64,000 bases of DNA, taken from contig URZY01000001.1 in assembly GCA_900552495.1 (NCBI GenBank), positions 55,502-119,501 of the forward strand. Reading direction: 5' to 3'. The notes beneath the pieces were generated by a model, which worked only from the letters and a program-made list of their open reading frames with translations, searched no databases and was not told the DNA's origin. The DNA comes from an uncultured Mycoplasmatota bacterium (GTDB taxonomy: Bacteria > Bacillota_I > Bacilli_A > RF39 > UBA660). Of this stretch, positions 1 through 9,538 are shown piece after piece; position 1 is the first letter of the stretch; each line of letters opens with the position of its first letter. The translations under genes and the position numbers were made by a program.

Positions 1-1752
1 CCAATTATTCAAGTTTTGGAAGAAGTTACGGGTACTCCACATGAAAATGAAACTAAGAAAAATTCTATAGTAGCAATTTTATATGATGAAGAAAAGGATA
101 AATATTTAACGATTAATTGGCATGATAAAGGTGGAAGATTGTTTGTAGGAGGCACTATTCAAGATGGAGAGTCTGCTTATGATTGTGCCGTTCGAGAAAT
201 TTTAGAGGAAACAGGTTATAAGAATGTTGAATTTGTTCACGAGCTGCCTAAGATTAATCATCATTACTATGCTTATAATAAGGATAAGTATTTTAATATT
301 GAATGTACAGGGTTCTTATTTAAATTGAAAAATTATGAACAGGATACACAACAACTTGATGATGATGAAGAGTTTGATGTAGAATGGGTTGATGCTAAAG
401 TAATTAATAATGAGATTAAAGACGAATTACACGCAAAAACTTATCAATATGCTATGAATCCTGGGGCTATGTGTGGTGATGGTATTCATATTAATTCAGA
501 AATGTTAGATGGACTAAATAAAGAAGATGCTATTAAAGTAATGTTGGAATGGTTAGAAAAGAATAATTGTGGAGAGAGAAAAGTTAACTACAAGATGCGT
601 GATTGGATTTTCTCTAGACAAAGATTCTGGGGCGAACCAATTCCAATGATTAATTGTCCAAAATGTGGTTGGGTTCCAATGAATGAGGAAGATTTGCCAT
701 TATTACTACCAGATGTTGCTGAGTATGAGCCAACAGAGAATGGGGAGAGTCCATTGGCTAATATTAGTGATTGGGTTAATTGTAAATGTCCAAAATGTGG
801 TCATGATGCAAAGAGAGAAACTGATACAATGCCTAACTGGGCAGGATCTAGTTGGTATTTCTTAAGATTTATGGATGCTCATAATACGCATGAATTTGCT
901 TCAATGGAAGCGATGAAATATTGGAATAGGGTTGATTGGTACAATGGTGGTATGGAACATACGGCGAGACATTTATTATATGCAAGATTTTGGGTACAAT
1001 TTTTATATAATATTGGCTTAGTTCCAAATAAAGAAATGATTTGGACAAGAGTGAGTCATGGTATGGTACTTGGTTCAAATAATGAGAAAATGAGTAAGTC
1101 TAAAGGTAATGTTATTAATCCAGATGATATTGTTAATGAATATGGGGCAGATACGTTACGTTTGTATGAAATGTTTATGGGTGATTATCAACAAGATGCC
1201 CCTTGGAGTACAGATTCATTAAGAGGTTGTAAGAGGTTTATTGATAAAGTTATTAGACTTAAAGATAAAGCTATTGATAGTAATGAACTTACAAAAGATT
1301 TGGAGGTAATTCAACATAAAACAATAAAAAAAGTTACTAATGATTTGACTAATATGGCTTATAATACTGCTGTATCAGCCTTAATGATTTTAGCTAATGA
1401 ATATGATAACCATGAGTTTACTAAAGCCGATTATCGTCTATTATTAACACTTCTTAATCCGATTTCACCACATATAACGGAGGAGTTGAACGAAAAACTT
1501 GGATATGAAGCATTATGCTATGCTGAGTGGCCTGTTTATGATGAGGCAAAAACAGTAGAGACAGAGGTAGAAATTGGTGTCCAAGTAAATGGTAAAGTAC
1601 GTGGAACTATTAAGATTAGTGTTGATGAAGAAGATGAGACAATAAAAAATAAAGCTATGAATGATGAAAATGTTAAACGTCATATAGCTGGAAAAGAAAT
1701 TGTTAAGGTTATTATCATTAAAGGAAGAATTGTTAATATTGTTGTGAAATAA
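1..1752 (+). CDS. leuS: Leucyl-tRNA synthetase, C-terminal ~580 aa; the 5' end lies outside the window. Contains a Nudix-box segment ahead of the catalytic KMSKS region.
   Basis: Frame is open from nt 1. Motifs GERKVNYKMRDWIFSRQRFWGEPIP (post-CP1 LeuRS signature) and KMSKSKGN (KMSKS) are present, followed by an anticodon-binding C-terminal region. Near the N-terminus of the visible part: GGTIQDGESAYDCAVREILEETGY, an exact Nudix box. Confidence 0.9.
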   Translation, partial: PIIQVLEEVTGTPHENETKKNSIVAILYDEEKDKYLTINWHDKGGRLFVGGTIQDGESAYDCAVREILEETGYKNVEFVHELPKINHHYYAYNKDKYFNIECTGFLFKLKNYEQDTQQLDDDEEFDVEWVDAKVINNEIKDELHAKTYQYAMNPGAMCGDGIHINSEMLDGLNKEDAIKVMLEWLEKNNCGERKVNYKMRDWIFSRQRFWGEPIPMINCPKCGWVPMNEEDLPLLLPDVAEYEPTENGESPLANISDWVNCKCPKCGHDAKRETDTMPNWAGSSWYFLRFMDAHNTHEFASMEAMKYWNRVDWYNGGMEHTARHLLYARFWVQFLYNIGLVPNKEMIWTRVSHGMVLGSNNEKMSKSKGNVINPDDIVNEYGADTLRLYEMFMGDYQQDAPWSTDSLRGCKRFIDKVIRLKDKAIDSNELTKDLEVIQHKTIKKVTNDLTNMAYNTAVSALMILANEYDNHEFTKADYRLLLTLLNPISPHITEELNEKLGYEALCYAEWPVYDEAKTVETEVEIGVQVNGKVRGTIKISVDEEDETIKNKAMNDENVKRHIAGKEIVKVIIIKGRIVNIVVK

Positions 1753-1904
1753 AATAAGAAGAGAGTTCTAGATGAGCACTCTCTTTTTTAGTAGAGATAT
1801 AAGCCCTTTACTTTTTAAAATTTAGGTGGTAGAATTAGTCTATTTAATTAAATGGTGTTATGGACAAGGAAATATAAGCGGTATTTTTAAGGAGTAATTT
1901 GTTT

Positions 1905-2801
1905 ATGGGAAAAGGAATAGATTTACATATTCATACTATTTGTTCTGATGGGACTTTGTCGCCTAAAGAAGTAGTTGATAAGGCAAAGGAAAAGGGGATT
2001 AGTGTTATAGCGATAGCTGACCATGATACTGTGGAGGCTTATACTCCTGAGTTATTGGGGTATGCAAAAGAGCAGGGAATTAAATTAATTCCGGCTGTTG
2101 AAATCTCTACTAAGATGGGGAAAAATGGATTGCATATTTTAGGTTATAATATTGATTTTTCGAATGACGATTTATTAAGGAAACTTAATTCTTTGCGAAA
2201 TGCAAGACATGATTATTTAAATAATGTTGCAAAGAAATTGATTGATTTAGGTTATACTTTGAATGTTTTAGAATTAGATAAGATTGCTGCGGTTACGAAA
2301 GCACATATTGCATTAGACATTATTAATAATGGTAAAAATAAGGATTTATTATTAAAAGAGTTTGGACACATTCCTGATAAAGGAGAATTTATTGAAACGG
2401 TTATGAATGAGGGGTGTTTAGCTTATGTAGTTAAAGACAGTATTACGCCGGTTGTCGCTGCTGACTTAATTCGTAAGGCTGGTGGGAAGGTGGTCTTAGC
2501 TCATCCTGTTGCTTATAGATATGAAGATAAATTAACGAGTTATGATATTTTGCAGATTATTAAGGATATGAGGGCTGATGGCATCGAAGCTAATTACATT
2601 TATATTGATAAAAATAATAAAAAAATTAATGAAGTGGCATTTTGGAATTCTTTTGCTGAGGAAAATAATTTAATGGCAACGATTGGAAGTGATTTTCATA
2701 TTGAAAATGGCATTTATCCGGAAATTGGGTTACTCAATGAAGAAATATATTTAAGTGAGAAAGATTTAAATTTAATGGTTAATTGGCTAGAAAAAAACTA
2801 G
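1905..2801 (+). CDS. PHP-family metal-dependent phosphoesterase (TrpH/YciV-like).
   Basis: N-terminal IDLHIHTICSDG...IAIADHDT is typical of the PHP domain. RBS AAGGAG lies 10 nt upstream of the ATG at 1905. The track's TTG at 1899 is an alternative start. Confidence 0.75.
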   Translation: MGKGIDLHIHTICSDGTLSPKEVVDKAKEKGISVIAIADHDTVEAYTPELLGYAKEQGIKLIPAVEISTKMGKNGLHILGYNIDFSNDDLLRKLNSLRNARHDYLNNVAKKLIDLGYTLNVLELDKIAAVTKAHIALDIINNGKNKDLLLKEFGHIPDKGEFIETVMNEGCLAYVVKDSITPVVAADLIRKAGGKVVLAHPVAYRYEDKLTSYDILQIIKDMRADGIEANYIYIDKNNKKINEVAFWNSFAEENNLMATIGSDFHIENGIYPEIGLLNEEIYLSEKDLNLMVNWLEKN

Positions 2802-2866
2802 TATTTTTCTTTTTTTATTAATAGAGTGATGAAAATATTGTATTATTTGGAATTTTATGTTATAAT

Positions 2867-3844
2867 ATGTTGAACTTAATGAATGGGGGAAAAATAATGG
2901 GAGATAAAAATGAAGTTGTAAAAAATTTGGATTTTTTAGGTGTAGATGCATCTTTTATAATTCAAGAAATGTTTTTAGGTTATAAGTATCGTAAGCATAA
3001 CGGATCTTTATATAGTAATGATGCGGATGTACCAACAAAATTAATAAAACTATATTATACCTTGAAGCCAACAGGTGTTAGTTTTGATGAAATGAAGAAA
3101 GCTTTTGTTAGAAGATATGTATTAAATGAAAGTAAATTAGAAAATGTTCATGGCGAAGAAGAAATGGCTGGCTTTGAAAAGATGTATGAGTATATTCACT
3201 CTGATGATATAAATTATAGATTTGATGTTTATACTTTGAAGGATTTGCATCGTCTTTTATTTTCTTGTGTTCCAGATGCGTCTTTCGGTGGAGATTTTCG
3301 TAATTCGCCAGCATGGATTCCTGGAAGTAGAGCAGAACTTGCTGATTGGACAGAAATTAGATATCGTTTAGATATGTTAGACAAGGATGTTCAGTTTTTA
3401 TTGGAAATGGGAGAGTTGGTTAAGGATTCTGGTGATGTAGATTTAATGCTTCAGTATTTAGATGAATGTGTGGAGTTGAATGCTAAGTTAATTAAAGTTC
3501 ACCCATTTGCAGATGGTAATGGAAGAACAATCCGAGGTTTTACTAACAAATTACTTGAAAATGTTGGCTTTCCACCAATTTATGTAAAAGCAAGTGAAAA
3601 AGAAGAATATCGTGCAGCTATGAATAAAGCTATTAATGAGGAAGATTATGCTGATTTGAAAGGTTTTTATCGTTATAAGATTTGTGATTCTATTATTGAA
3701 TTGGATATTAATGATACAGTTCGTAAATATAATAGGAACCGTAAGGATATTTTTGATGTTACTTCTTCAACGGCTTTATCTATTCCTGATTCTGGGGCAA
3801 AAGTTATGCAGAAAAGAAGAGACGAAACAAAAAAGAATAATTAA
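2867..3844 (+). CDS. Fic/DOC-family protein (probable AMPylator).
   Basis: Canonical Fic motif HPFADGNGRTIRGF. An alternative start is the ATG at 2897, preceded by GGGGGA. Confidence 0.8.
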   Translation: MLNLMNGGKIMGDKNEVVKNLDFLGVDASFIIQEMFLGYKYRKHNGSLYSNDADVPTKLIKLYYTLKPTGVSFDEMKKAFVRRYVLNESKLENVHGEEEMAGFEKMYEYIHSDDINYRFDVYTLKDLHRLLFSCVPDASFGGDFRNSPAWIPGSRAELADWTEIRYRLDMLDKDVQFLLEMGELVKDSGDVDLMLQYLDECVELNAKLIKVHPFADGNGRTIRGFTNKLLENVGFPPIYVKASEKEEYRAAMNKAINEEDYADLKGFYRYKICDSIIELDINDTVRKYNRNRKDIFDVTSSTALSIPDSGAKVMQKRRDETKKNN

Positions 3845-3867
3845 GAAACCGGTTGGGTTTCTTTTTT
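3845..3867 (+). terminator. Rho-independent terminator after the fic-like gene.
   Basis: GAAACC-ggttg-GGTTTC stem-loop followed by TTTTTT. Confidence 0.6.
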
Positions 3868-3914
3868 CGTCTAATTTTTTAGGTTTTAAATGATATATTT
3901 TAATGGGTGAAAAT

Positions 3915-4085
3915 ATGAAAGTTAAAATTTTTGATTTAGAAGATGAAAAAGATTTAGAAGAAGAAGTTAATAATTTTTTAACGGAGAATACAATTAATGT
4001 AATTGATATTAAATATCAAGTTAGTGTGGGTGTATTTAGTGAAGAACAAGTCTTTTGTTTTTCAGCTATGATTATTTATAGTTAA
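3915..4085 (+). CDS. Small Cse60-like sporulation protein (about 56 aa).
   Basis: MKVKIFDLEDEKDLEEEVNNFL...IDIKYQVSV...FSAMIIYS resembles the B. subtilis Cse60 family as I remember it. The gene has its own terminator immediately downstream. Confidence 0.5.
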   Translation: MKVKIFDLEDEKDLEEEVNNFLTENTINVIDIKYQVSVGVFSEEQVFCFSAMIIYS

Positions 4086-4086
4086 T

Positions 4087-4117
4087 ACTAAGATTTAAGT
4101 CTTAGTGTTTTTTTTTG
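4087..4117 (+). terminator. Rho-independent terminator.
   Basis: ACTAAGA-tttaag-TCTTAGT stem followed by GTTTTTTTTT. Confidence 0.6.
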
Positions 4118-4154
4118 TCTTTTGTGGTATGATAATAATATTAGGAGGAATACA

Positions 4155-5789
4155 ATGAAAGATAAGACCTTAAAGAAAAACTCTTTTGTTGCGGGTGCTT
4201 TTATTACGACGCTTGGAATAGTTATTTCGAAAATTCTTGGAATTGTCTATGTTATTCCTTTTCATGCAGTAATAGGTGAACAAGGCGGAGCTTTGTATGG
4301 TTATGCTTATACTATTTATGCTCTTTTTATGTCGCTTGCAACTGCGGGTATTCCTTTAGCAATGAGTAAAATTGTGTCAGAATATCAAACTCTTGGTTAT
4401 TATGGAGCTAAGAAGAGAGCTTTTGTTTTAGGAAAGAAAATAGCTTTATTATTAGGTTTGATTTGTTTTATTATATTGATGTTTACAGCTCCATTGTTAG
4501 CAAAAGCTATACTTGGAGATTTAGTTGGTGGAAATACAGTCGAAGATGTAACCTTTGTTATTAGAGTTATTTCAACTGCTATTTTAGTAGTGCCTGTTTT
4601 AAGTATTTATAGGGGATATTTTGAAGGGCATAGATTTATGAGCCCACCCTCTATTTCACAAGTGTTGGAGCAGATTGTTAGGGTTTTAATAATTGTGGTT
4701 GGCAGTTATACGGCTATTAAGATTTTTAAATTAAATTTGACAAGTGCAGTTGGAATTGCTTTAGCAGGGGCAACAGTAGGAGCATTAGTTTCTTATATTT
4801 ATTTGGTAGATAAAAGACGGAAAAATAAAAAGAAATTTGATGAAAAAGTACGGAATGTTAATGAGCCAATTATTACTAATAAAATGATTTTTCGAAAGTT
4901 AGCAGTTTATGCTATACCATTTATTTTAATTGATATATTTAAATCATTATATAATTATGTTGATATGGTTACTGTTGTTCAAGGGCTCGTGGATATTGCT
5001 AAATATAGTGTTAGTGATGCAGAAACGATTATGAGTATGCTCTCTACTTGGAGTTCTAAGTTTAATATGATTATTTTGTCAGTGTCAACAGGTGTTATAG
5101 TTAGTTTAATTCCTAATTTGACGCAAAGTGTTGTGAAAAAGGATAAAAATGATATTAATAAAAAGATTAATCAGGCACTTAGTATTTTACTGTTTTTGAT
5201 GTTGCCGATGACAATAGGTCTAAGTTTTTTAGCAGAACCAGTATGGATGCTATTTTATGGTAAGAGTGTTTATGGTGCAAGTGTGTTGTCTTACTTTATT
5301 TTTGTTGGTCTTTTTATGGGATTATTTACGGCTGCAATTTCTATAATTCAAGTACTTAAGGACTATAAGACTGTGTTTGTGAGTTTAGCAGTTGGTGTAG
5401 TACTGAAAGTTATTTTAAATACTAGTTTGATCGAAACTTTTGCGAAACTTGGACTTCCGGCTTATTATGGCGTTATTACGGCTAGTTTAGTAGCATATTC
5501 CGTTTCCTTTATTATATGTTTAGTTGTTTTACATGGTAAGTATAAAATTGATTATGAAGAAACGGTAAGGAATTTTTTAGATATTTTATCGGGTTGTATG
5601 TTGATGGTGGTAATGTTATTTTTGGTTAAATTTGTTATTCCTATTGTCAGTGCTAATCGAATAGTTAATTTGTTTATTATTCTAGGTTATACGATAATAG
5701 GGGGAATTGTTTATCTGTTTTTTATGTGGAAAACTAAGACTATTCAAAATGTTTTTGGTAATAAATTGAAAGGGTTTATTAAGAAGTAA
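4155..5789 (+). CDS. MOP-superfamily polysaccharide / lipid II flippase (SpoVB/MurJ-like), polytopic membrane protein.
   Basis: Many predicted TM helices. N-terminal KKNSFVAGAFITTLGIVISKILGIVYVIPF...GIPLAMSKIVSEY is typical of the Polysacc_synt / SpoVB family. AGGAGG RBS lies upstream of the ATG at 4155. Confidence 0.75.
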   Translation: MKDKTLKKNSFVAGAFITTLGIVISKILGIVYVIPFHAVIGEQGGALYGYAYTIYALFMSLATAGIPLAMSKIVSEYQTLGYYGAKKRAFVLGKKIALLLGLICFIILMFTAPLLAKAILGDLVGGNTVEDVTFVIRVISTAILVVPVLSIYRGYFEGHRFMSPPSISQVLEQIVRVLIIVVGSYTAIKIFKLNLTSAVGIALAGATVGALVSYIYLVDKRRKNKKKFDEKVRNVNEPIITNKMIFRKLAVYAIPFILIDIFKSLYNYVDMVTVVQGLVDIAKYSVSDAETIMSMLSTWSSKFNMIILSVSTGVIVSLIPNLTQSVVKKDKNDINKKINQALSILLFLMLPMTIGLSFLAEPVWMLFYGKSVYGASVLSYFIFVGLFMGLFTAAISIIQVLKDYKTVFVSLAVGVVLKVILNTSLIETFAKLGLPAYYGVITASLVAYSVSFIICLVVLHGKYKIDYEETVRNFLDILSGCMLMVVMLFLVKFVIPIVSANRIVNLFIILGYTIIGGIVYLFFMWKTKTIQNVFGNKLKGFIKK

Positions 5790-5932
5790 TATGAAAAAGA
5801 AAAAGATGAAGTTATTTGATAAATTTTATATTGTTTGGTTGATTATTACGGGTGGCTTATTGATTGGCTGTATTTTATGGTATTTTTTAGTTGAAAGAGT
5901 TAATAGTTTATGCATATTTTATTGATTAAAAA

Positions 5933-5967
5933 AACTTATCTCTTGTTTTGAGATAAGTTTTTTATTT
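5933..5967. terminator. Bidirectional terminator between the convergent flippase and femAB genes.
   Basis: AACTTATCTC-ttgtttt-GAGATAAGTT perfect 10-bp stem, with U-runs on both sides. Confidence 0.65.
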
Positions 5968-7263
5968 GTGAATTCTTTTTTTTAAATTTTTTAATCCATG
6001 ATAAACACTGAAGGCTAGATTATAGGTATTATACCAAAACGGAGAAATAATAAGATCAAATTCTCCAATTAATTCTGATACATGTCCACCAAAACTTTTT
6101 TTGAAAAGAAATAATCCGTATAGAGGATTTTCCTTTCTAAAATCACCAGTTATACCATAAAAATTGTATTTTTTATAGTTATTATCTACGGCCATCTTTA
6201 TACCTGCAAAATGAACTGTATAGGCTGATTGAAATTGCATTAATTGTTCATTAGAGCCGCCGTATAATGATAGAACTTCATTTCCATAAATTAAAAATAA
6301 AATGCCTCCAAGAACGGCTTTCTCACCATGTTCTTGTTTTAGTGCTTCAATTTTTTCTAATTGCTTTTCTAATCGTGTAATAGTTTCTTCATTTTGTTTA
6401 TTACTTTGGTTATATTTTTTATCATTCATCTTTAATAAATTATTTTCTTTTTTGTAAATTCGATCTTCTAAATCTTTTTTATTTTGTTTTAATTCTTCTT
6501 CGGTGTTCTTTTTATATAAATTAAAATCTATTTCGGCAATTAAAATTTTTAGTATACCGCTGTCGTGTAGTGAATCCCACATACTTTCATAGTATGATAG
6601 TGGTCGATCAACAAATTCGCGGCGATCACTTGTATGTTGCATTATGTCTTTAAAGATTGGTAGTTCGTCTCTTGATATTTCGCGAGTTGTAATTCCACAT
6701 TTTTCATTTTTGCGGAGAATTTGTCTAGTTTTCGATTCCATATCTTGCATAATGGTATCAAGAGATTTATTTTCTGTTTCTATGACGTGCATCCATCTTG
6801 GCTGTAATGTATCTTGCATTAAATTGAAACCATAGTGTTTGTATGATAGTTTTGTTAGATTTTCAACTGCTTGTTTATTATTATAACCGTCTTTTACAAG
6901 GTCACCATTATTATTATGTTCCTGATATTCTATGTATGGATCTAACTTTACAAAGATAGCACCGTTTTTTTTGGCATATAATTTTAGCTGGTTTGTAAAT
7001 TCACTTAAGAGTTCAAAATTGTTATAGTCAATTAGGAAACCGCGAGGTGAATAGAACATTTTTTTCTTTATAAAGGGAACGTTTTTCGCGAGTAATAGTG
7101 CTGCAGCAACAATATTTTTATTGTCTTTTAAACCAACATAGTGAGCAGCCCAGCCATTTTTAGCTTTTAAATTTGCCCACTCTTTAGTTTGATGAAATGT
7201 TATTTGGTCATGTTTATCGGCCCATTTTTTGAATTCTTTTTCGTTAAGTGTTACTAGTTCCAT
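5962..7263 (-). CDS. FemAB-family peptidoglycan interpeptide-bridge aminoacyltransferase (FemX/FemA-like) with a coiled-coil insertion.
   Basis: Length of 433 aa and FemAB-type N-terminus (FHQTKEWANLKAKNGW...FYSPRGFLIDY), plus a long K/E/N-rich coiled-coil insert typical of FemA/FemB/MurM. Confidence 0.8.
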   Translation of the reverse strand: MELVTLNEKEFKKWADKHDQITFHQTKEWANLKAKNGWAAHYVGLKDNKNIVAAALLLAKNVPFIKKKMFYSPRGFLIDYNNFELLSEFTNQLKLYAKKNGAIFVKLDPYIEYQEHNNNGDLVKDGYNNKQAVENLTKLSYKHYGFNLMQDTLQPRWMHVIETENKSLDTIMQDMESKTRQILRKNEKCGITTREISRDELPIFKDIMQHTSDRREFVDRPLSYYESMWDSLHDSGILKILIAEIDFNLYKKNTEEELKQNKKDLEDRIYKKENNLLKMNDKKYNQSNKQNEETITRLEKQLEKIEALKQEHGEKAVLGGILFLIYGNEVLSLYGGSNEQLMQFQSAYTVHFAGIKMAVDNNYKKYNFYGITGDFRKENPLYGLFLFKKSFGGHVSELIGEFDLIISPFWYNTYNLAFSVYHGLKNLKKRIHK

Positions 7264-8476
7264 AATTTTCCTCCTTTTCCTTTTTAAAAATAGGTAGTAT
7301 TTTGCGAAGAATAATGTACATAAATGGATTAGTTATTATTTCATAGTCACCAATATATTCAATAAATTGTCCACCAAATTCTTTTTTAAATTCGTTTATA
7401 TCTGGATGATATTCAATGGGACTCAATTGTTTAAAAATACTAAAGCCATTGTCTTTGTAATATTTAATATATTCGTTATAGATGGTATAGCGAAGATTTG
7501 TTTCATCTAGAATATGATTGTTGGCTTCACTCAAAATCCAAACGGTTTTATTGTGCTCCATCATTAGATTGGCACTTATCGTTAAATAATTACCATATTT
7601 TAATTTATAATTCTTAAATTTTTCATAATCTTTGTTTAACTTTTCACGTTGAGTTTTTAAATTAGCAAGTTTTTCTTTGGATGAAGAATCTAAATTATCG
7701 ATGGGAATTATAGACATTTGATTATTTATTCTTCGAAGCTCTTTTTCAATTGTTTTTAAGGTTTTAGTTATATGAAGTTTTCCTAAGAATAACTTAATTT
7801 TAGTGTTCTCATTATTGCTAAAAATATCATATAAAGTTTCATAATAATCTGTTTTCTTATTCTTTTGAAGATTAAATAATTCATTTAAATCTTTAGCTGT
7901 TCCTATAGTTAATTCAATGTCATACATGGATGTTGAAGCAATCTTTTCTTTGATATTATTGGAGTAATTTTCTTGGATGATTTGATAGTTTTGTTCTAAA
8001 TCAATTAAATAATTGTATTCTAATAATTTAATATTAGATTTCTTTTTAAATCCTAAGTTTTTAATATTGTTTAGTTTTTCAATAGTTGAATTGTTTATAT
8101 GCTCTTGGTGATCTTTATCATAATATTTATATATAATGGCAGGATTAATTCTTAAAGAAATTGCTTTCTTATGATGGGCAAAGTCTTTTAATTTTTGAGT
8201 TAAGAGACTAAGTAAGCGTCGATCTCTATAATCTATTACAAAGCCACGGGGTGCATATAGAGAACAGAAATCCATTGATAAATGTTCTTCAAGAATTAGC
8301 GTTGCGGCGATGATTTCATTATTTTCATCTACTAATCCAAGATAATATGGAGTAGTGTGGTTAGTAATTTTGTCAAATTCTCCCCAGGAACTTGTTTGCA
8401 TGAAATGAGAGGAGTCAATTTTTGCTTGAGTAAAATTGTCAAACTCTTTTTTACTGATACTTCTAAGTTTTAACAT
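7244..8476 (-). CDS. Second FemAB-family aminoacyltransferase, in tandem with the first.
   Basis: FMQTSSWGEFDK...LYAPRGFVIDY and a 410-aa length. It overlaps the downstream femAB paralog by about 20 nt. Confidence 0.8.
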   Translation of the reverse strand: MLKLRSISKKEFDNFTQAKIDSSHFMQTSSWGEFDKITNHTTPYYLGLVDENNEIIAATLILEEHLSMDFCSLYAPRGFVIDYRDRRLLSLLTQKLKDFAHHKKAISLRINPAIIYKYYDKDHQEHINNSTIEKLNNIKNLGFKKKSNIKLLEYNYLIDLEQNYQIIQENYSNNIKEKIASTSMYDIELTIGTAKDLNELFNLQKNKKTDYYETLYDIFSNNENTKIKLFLGKLHITKTLKTIEKELRRINNQMSIIPIDNLDSSSKEKLANLKTQREKLNKDYEKFKNYKLKYGNYLTISANLMMEHNKTVWILSEANNHILDETNLRYTIYNEYIKYYKDNGFSIFKQLSPIEYHPDINEFKKEFGGQFIEYIGDYEIITNPFMYIILRKILPIFKKEKEENYGTSNT

Positions 8477-8550
8477 TTTTTTGTCATCCTTTCATGTATT
8501 TAGTATATCACATAGAGAAAGTTCTGGGCATAAAAAAAGATGAAAATCTA

Positions 8551-8757
8551 TTACATCATATGAAGATTGTCATCTTTTTGCATATAGTTTTGCTTTTGTT
8601 TCGTCTCTAATCTTTTTAAGCGTTCATTGAGATTAAATATTTCCTGGCGGATTTTTAGTAATTCCTCTTCAATGTTTGATGTCATCATTTGAGGCATTTG
8701 TCCGGGAATTGCTCCAGGGATTTGTGGACTTGGAAAAAATGGATATTGCATATTCAT
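8551..8757 (-). CDS. Small hypothetical protein (about 68 aa): proline/glutamine-rich N-terminus and coiled-coil C-terminus.
   Basis: The internal Met (MNMQYPFFPSPQIPGAIPGQMPQMM...LKIRQEIFNLNERLKRLETKQ) has an AGGTTGA-like RBS. The longer 131-aa track ORF has a low-complexity, hydrophobic N-terminal extension with no RBS. A hairpin terminator overlaps the 3' end. Confidence 0.4.
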   Translation of the reverse strand: MNMQYPFFPSPQIPGAIPGQMPQMMTSNIEEELLKIRQEIFNLNERLKRLETKQKQNYMQKDDNLHMM

Positions 8758-8836
8758 AATTATCAACCTGACTTTCGATTTTATTATATGCAAATAGTTT
8801 AAAATGTGTGATAAAATATAGATAGGTGATTGAGAA

Positions 8837-9478
8837 ATGCGACTTAGAAATGTGAAAAATAAAGAAAAGATATTAGAATCTTCTAAGTATTTAGTTAAAA
8901 ATGCTGAACAAAATATTGGTCGATGGGATAAAGTATTTGGAAACAATAATCCTATTTATGTTGAGATAGGAATGGGAAAAGGGAAATTTATTATTGAAAA
9001 TGCTCTTAGTAACCCAAATATTAATTTTATTGGAATAGAGAAATATGATAGTGTTTTAGCAAAATCTTTACCTAAAATACCAAATGATTTAGATAATTTA
9101 CTTATTATTAGAATGGATGCATTAAATATTGAAAGGATTTTTTCCAAAGAAATTGATAGGTTATATTTGAATTTTTCGGATCCATGGCCTAAGAATCGTC
9201 ATCATTTAAGAAGACTGTCGAGTAGAGTTTTTTTAGAAAAATATGATTCTATTTTTAAAGATGTATGTGAGATATATCAAAGAACTGATAATCAAGATTT
9301 ATATATTTATTCACTAGAAAGTTATAGTTCCTATGGATATACTTTGAGTGATATATCATTTGATTTACATAAAGAAAAGGAAGGTCTTATTACAACTGAA
9401 TATGAAGATAAGTTTGTTGGCAAAGGAATGCCAATTTATGCAGTAGTTGCAAGGAAGGGTGTCCAAAAAAGTAAATAG
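8837..9478 (+). CDS. trmB: tRNA (guanine-N7)-methyltransferase.
   Basis: VEIGMGKGKFIIENA...RMDALNIERIF...LNFSDPWPKNRHHLRRL matches the TrmB SAM-methyltransferase pattern. Confidence 0.85.
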   Translation: MRLRNVKNKEKILESSKYLVKNAEQNIGRWDKVFGNNNPIYVEIGMGKGKFIIENALSNPNINFIGIEKYDSVLAKSLPKIPNDLDNLLIIRMDALNIERIFSKEIDRLYLNFSDPWPKNRHHLRRLSSRVFLEKYDSIFKDVCEIYQRTDNQDLYIYSLESYSSYGYTLSDISFDLHKEKEGLITTEYEDKFVGKGMPIYAVVARKGVQKSK

Positions 9479-9538
9479 TAATAAAATATTTTTACATTTA
9501 CAAAAAATTTGGTATAATGTAATAAGAGTAGGTGAAAT

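Noticed and set aside
683-1078. Track ORFs 683..865(+) and 869..1078(-) inside leuS.
   Set aside because: Shadow-frame ORFs embedded in a well-supported aminoacyl-tRNA synthetase gene. Low-complexity, with no RBS.
3108-3893. ORFs 3108..3314(-) and 3684..3893(+) overlapping the fic-like gene.
   Set aside because: Alternative-frame or antisense ORFs within, or running off the end of, a gene with a clear Fic motif. AT-rich genomes generate many such ORFs.
5806-5925. 40-aa hydrophobic ORF (MKKKKMKLFDKFYIVWLIITGG...) after the flippase gene.
   Set aside because: Possible tiny membrane peptide, but there is no clear RBS and it lies between a gene end and the terminator. Insufficient support.
6644-6835. 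ORF 6644..6835(+) antisense to femAB.
   Set aside because: Antisense shadow ORF.
8551-8946. Full 131-aa version of the minus-strand ORF.
   Set aside because: The N-terminal 63 codons are hydrophobic and low-complexity, lack an RBS, and overlap the divergent trmB promoter and start. Only the internal-Met 68-aa version is plausible.
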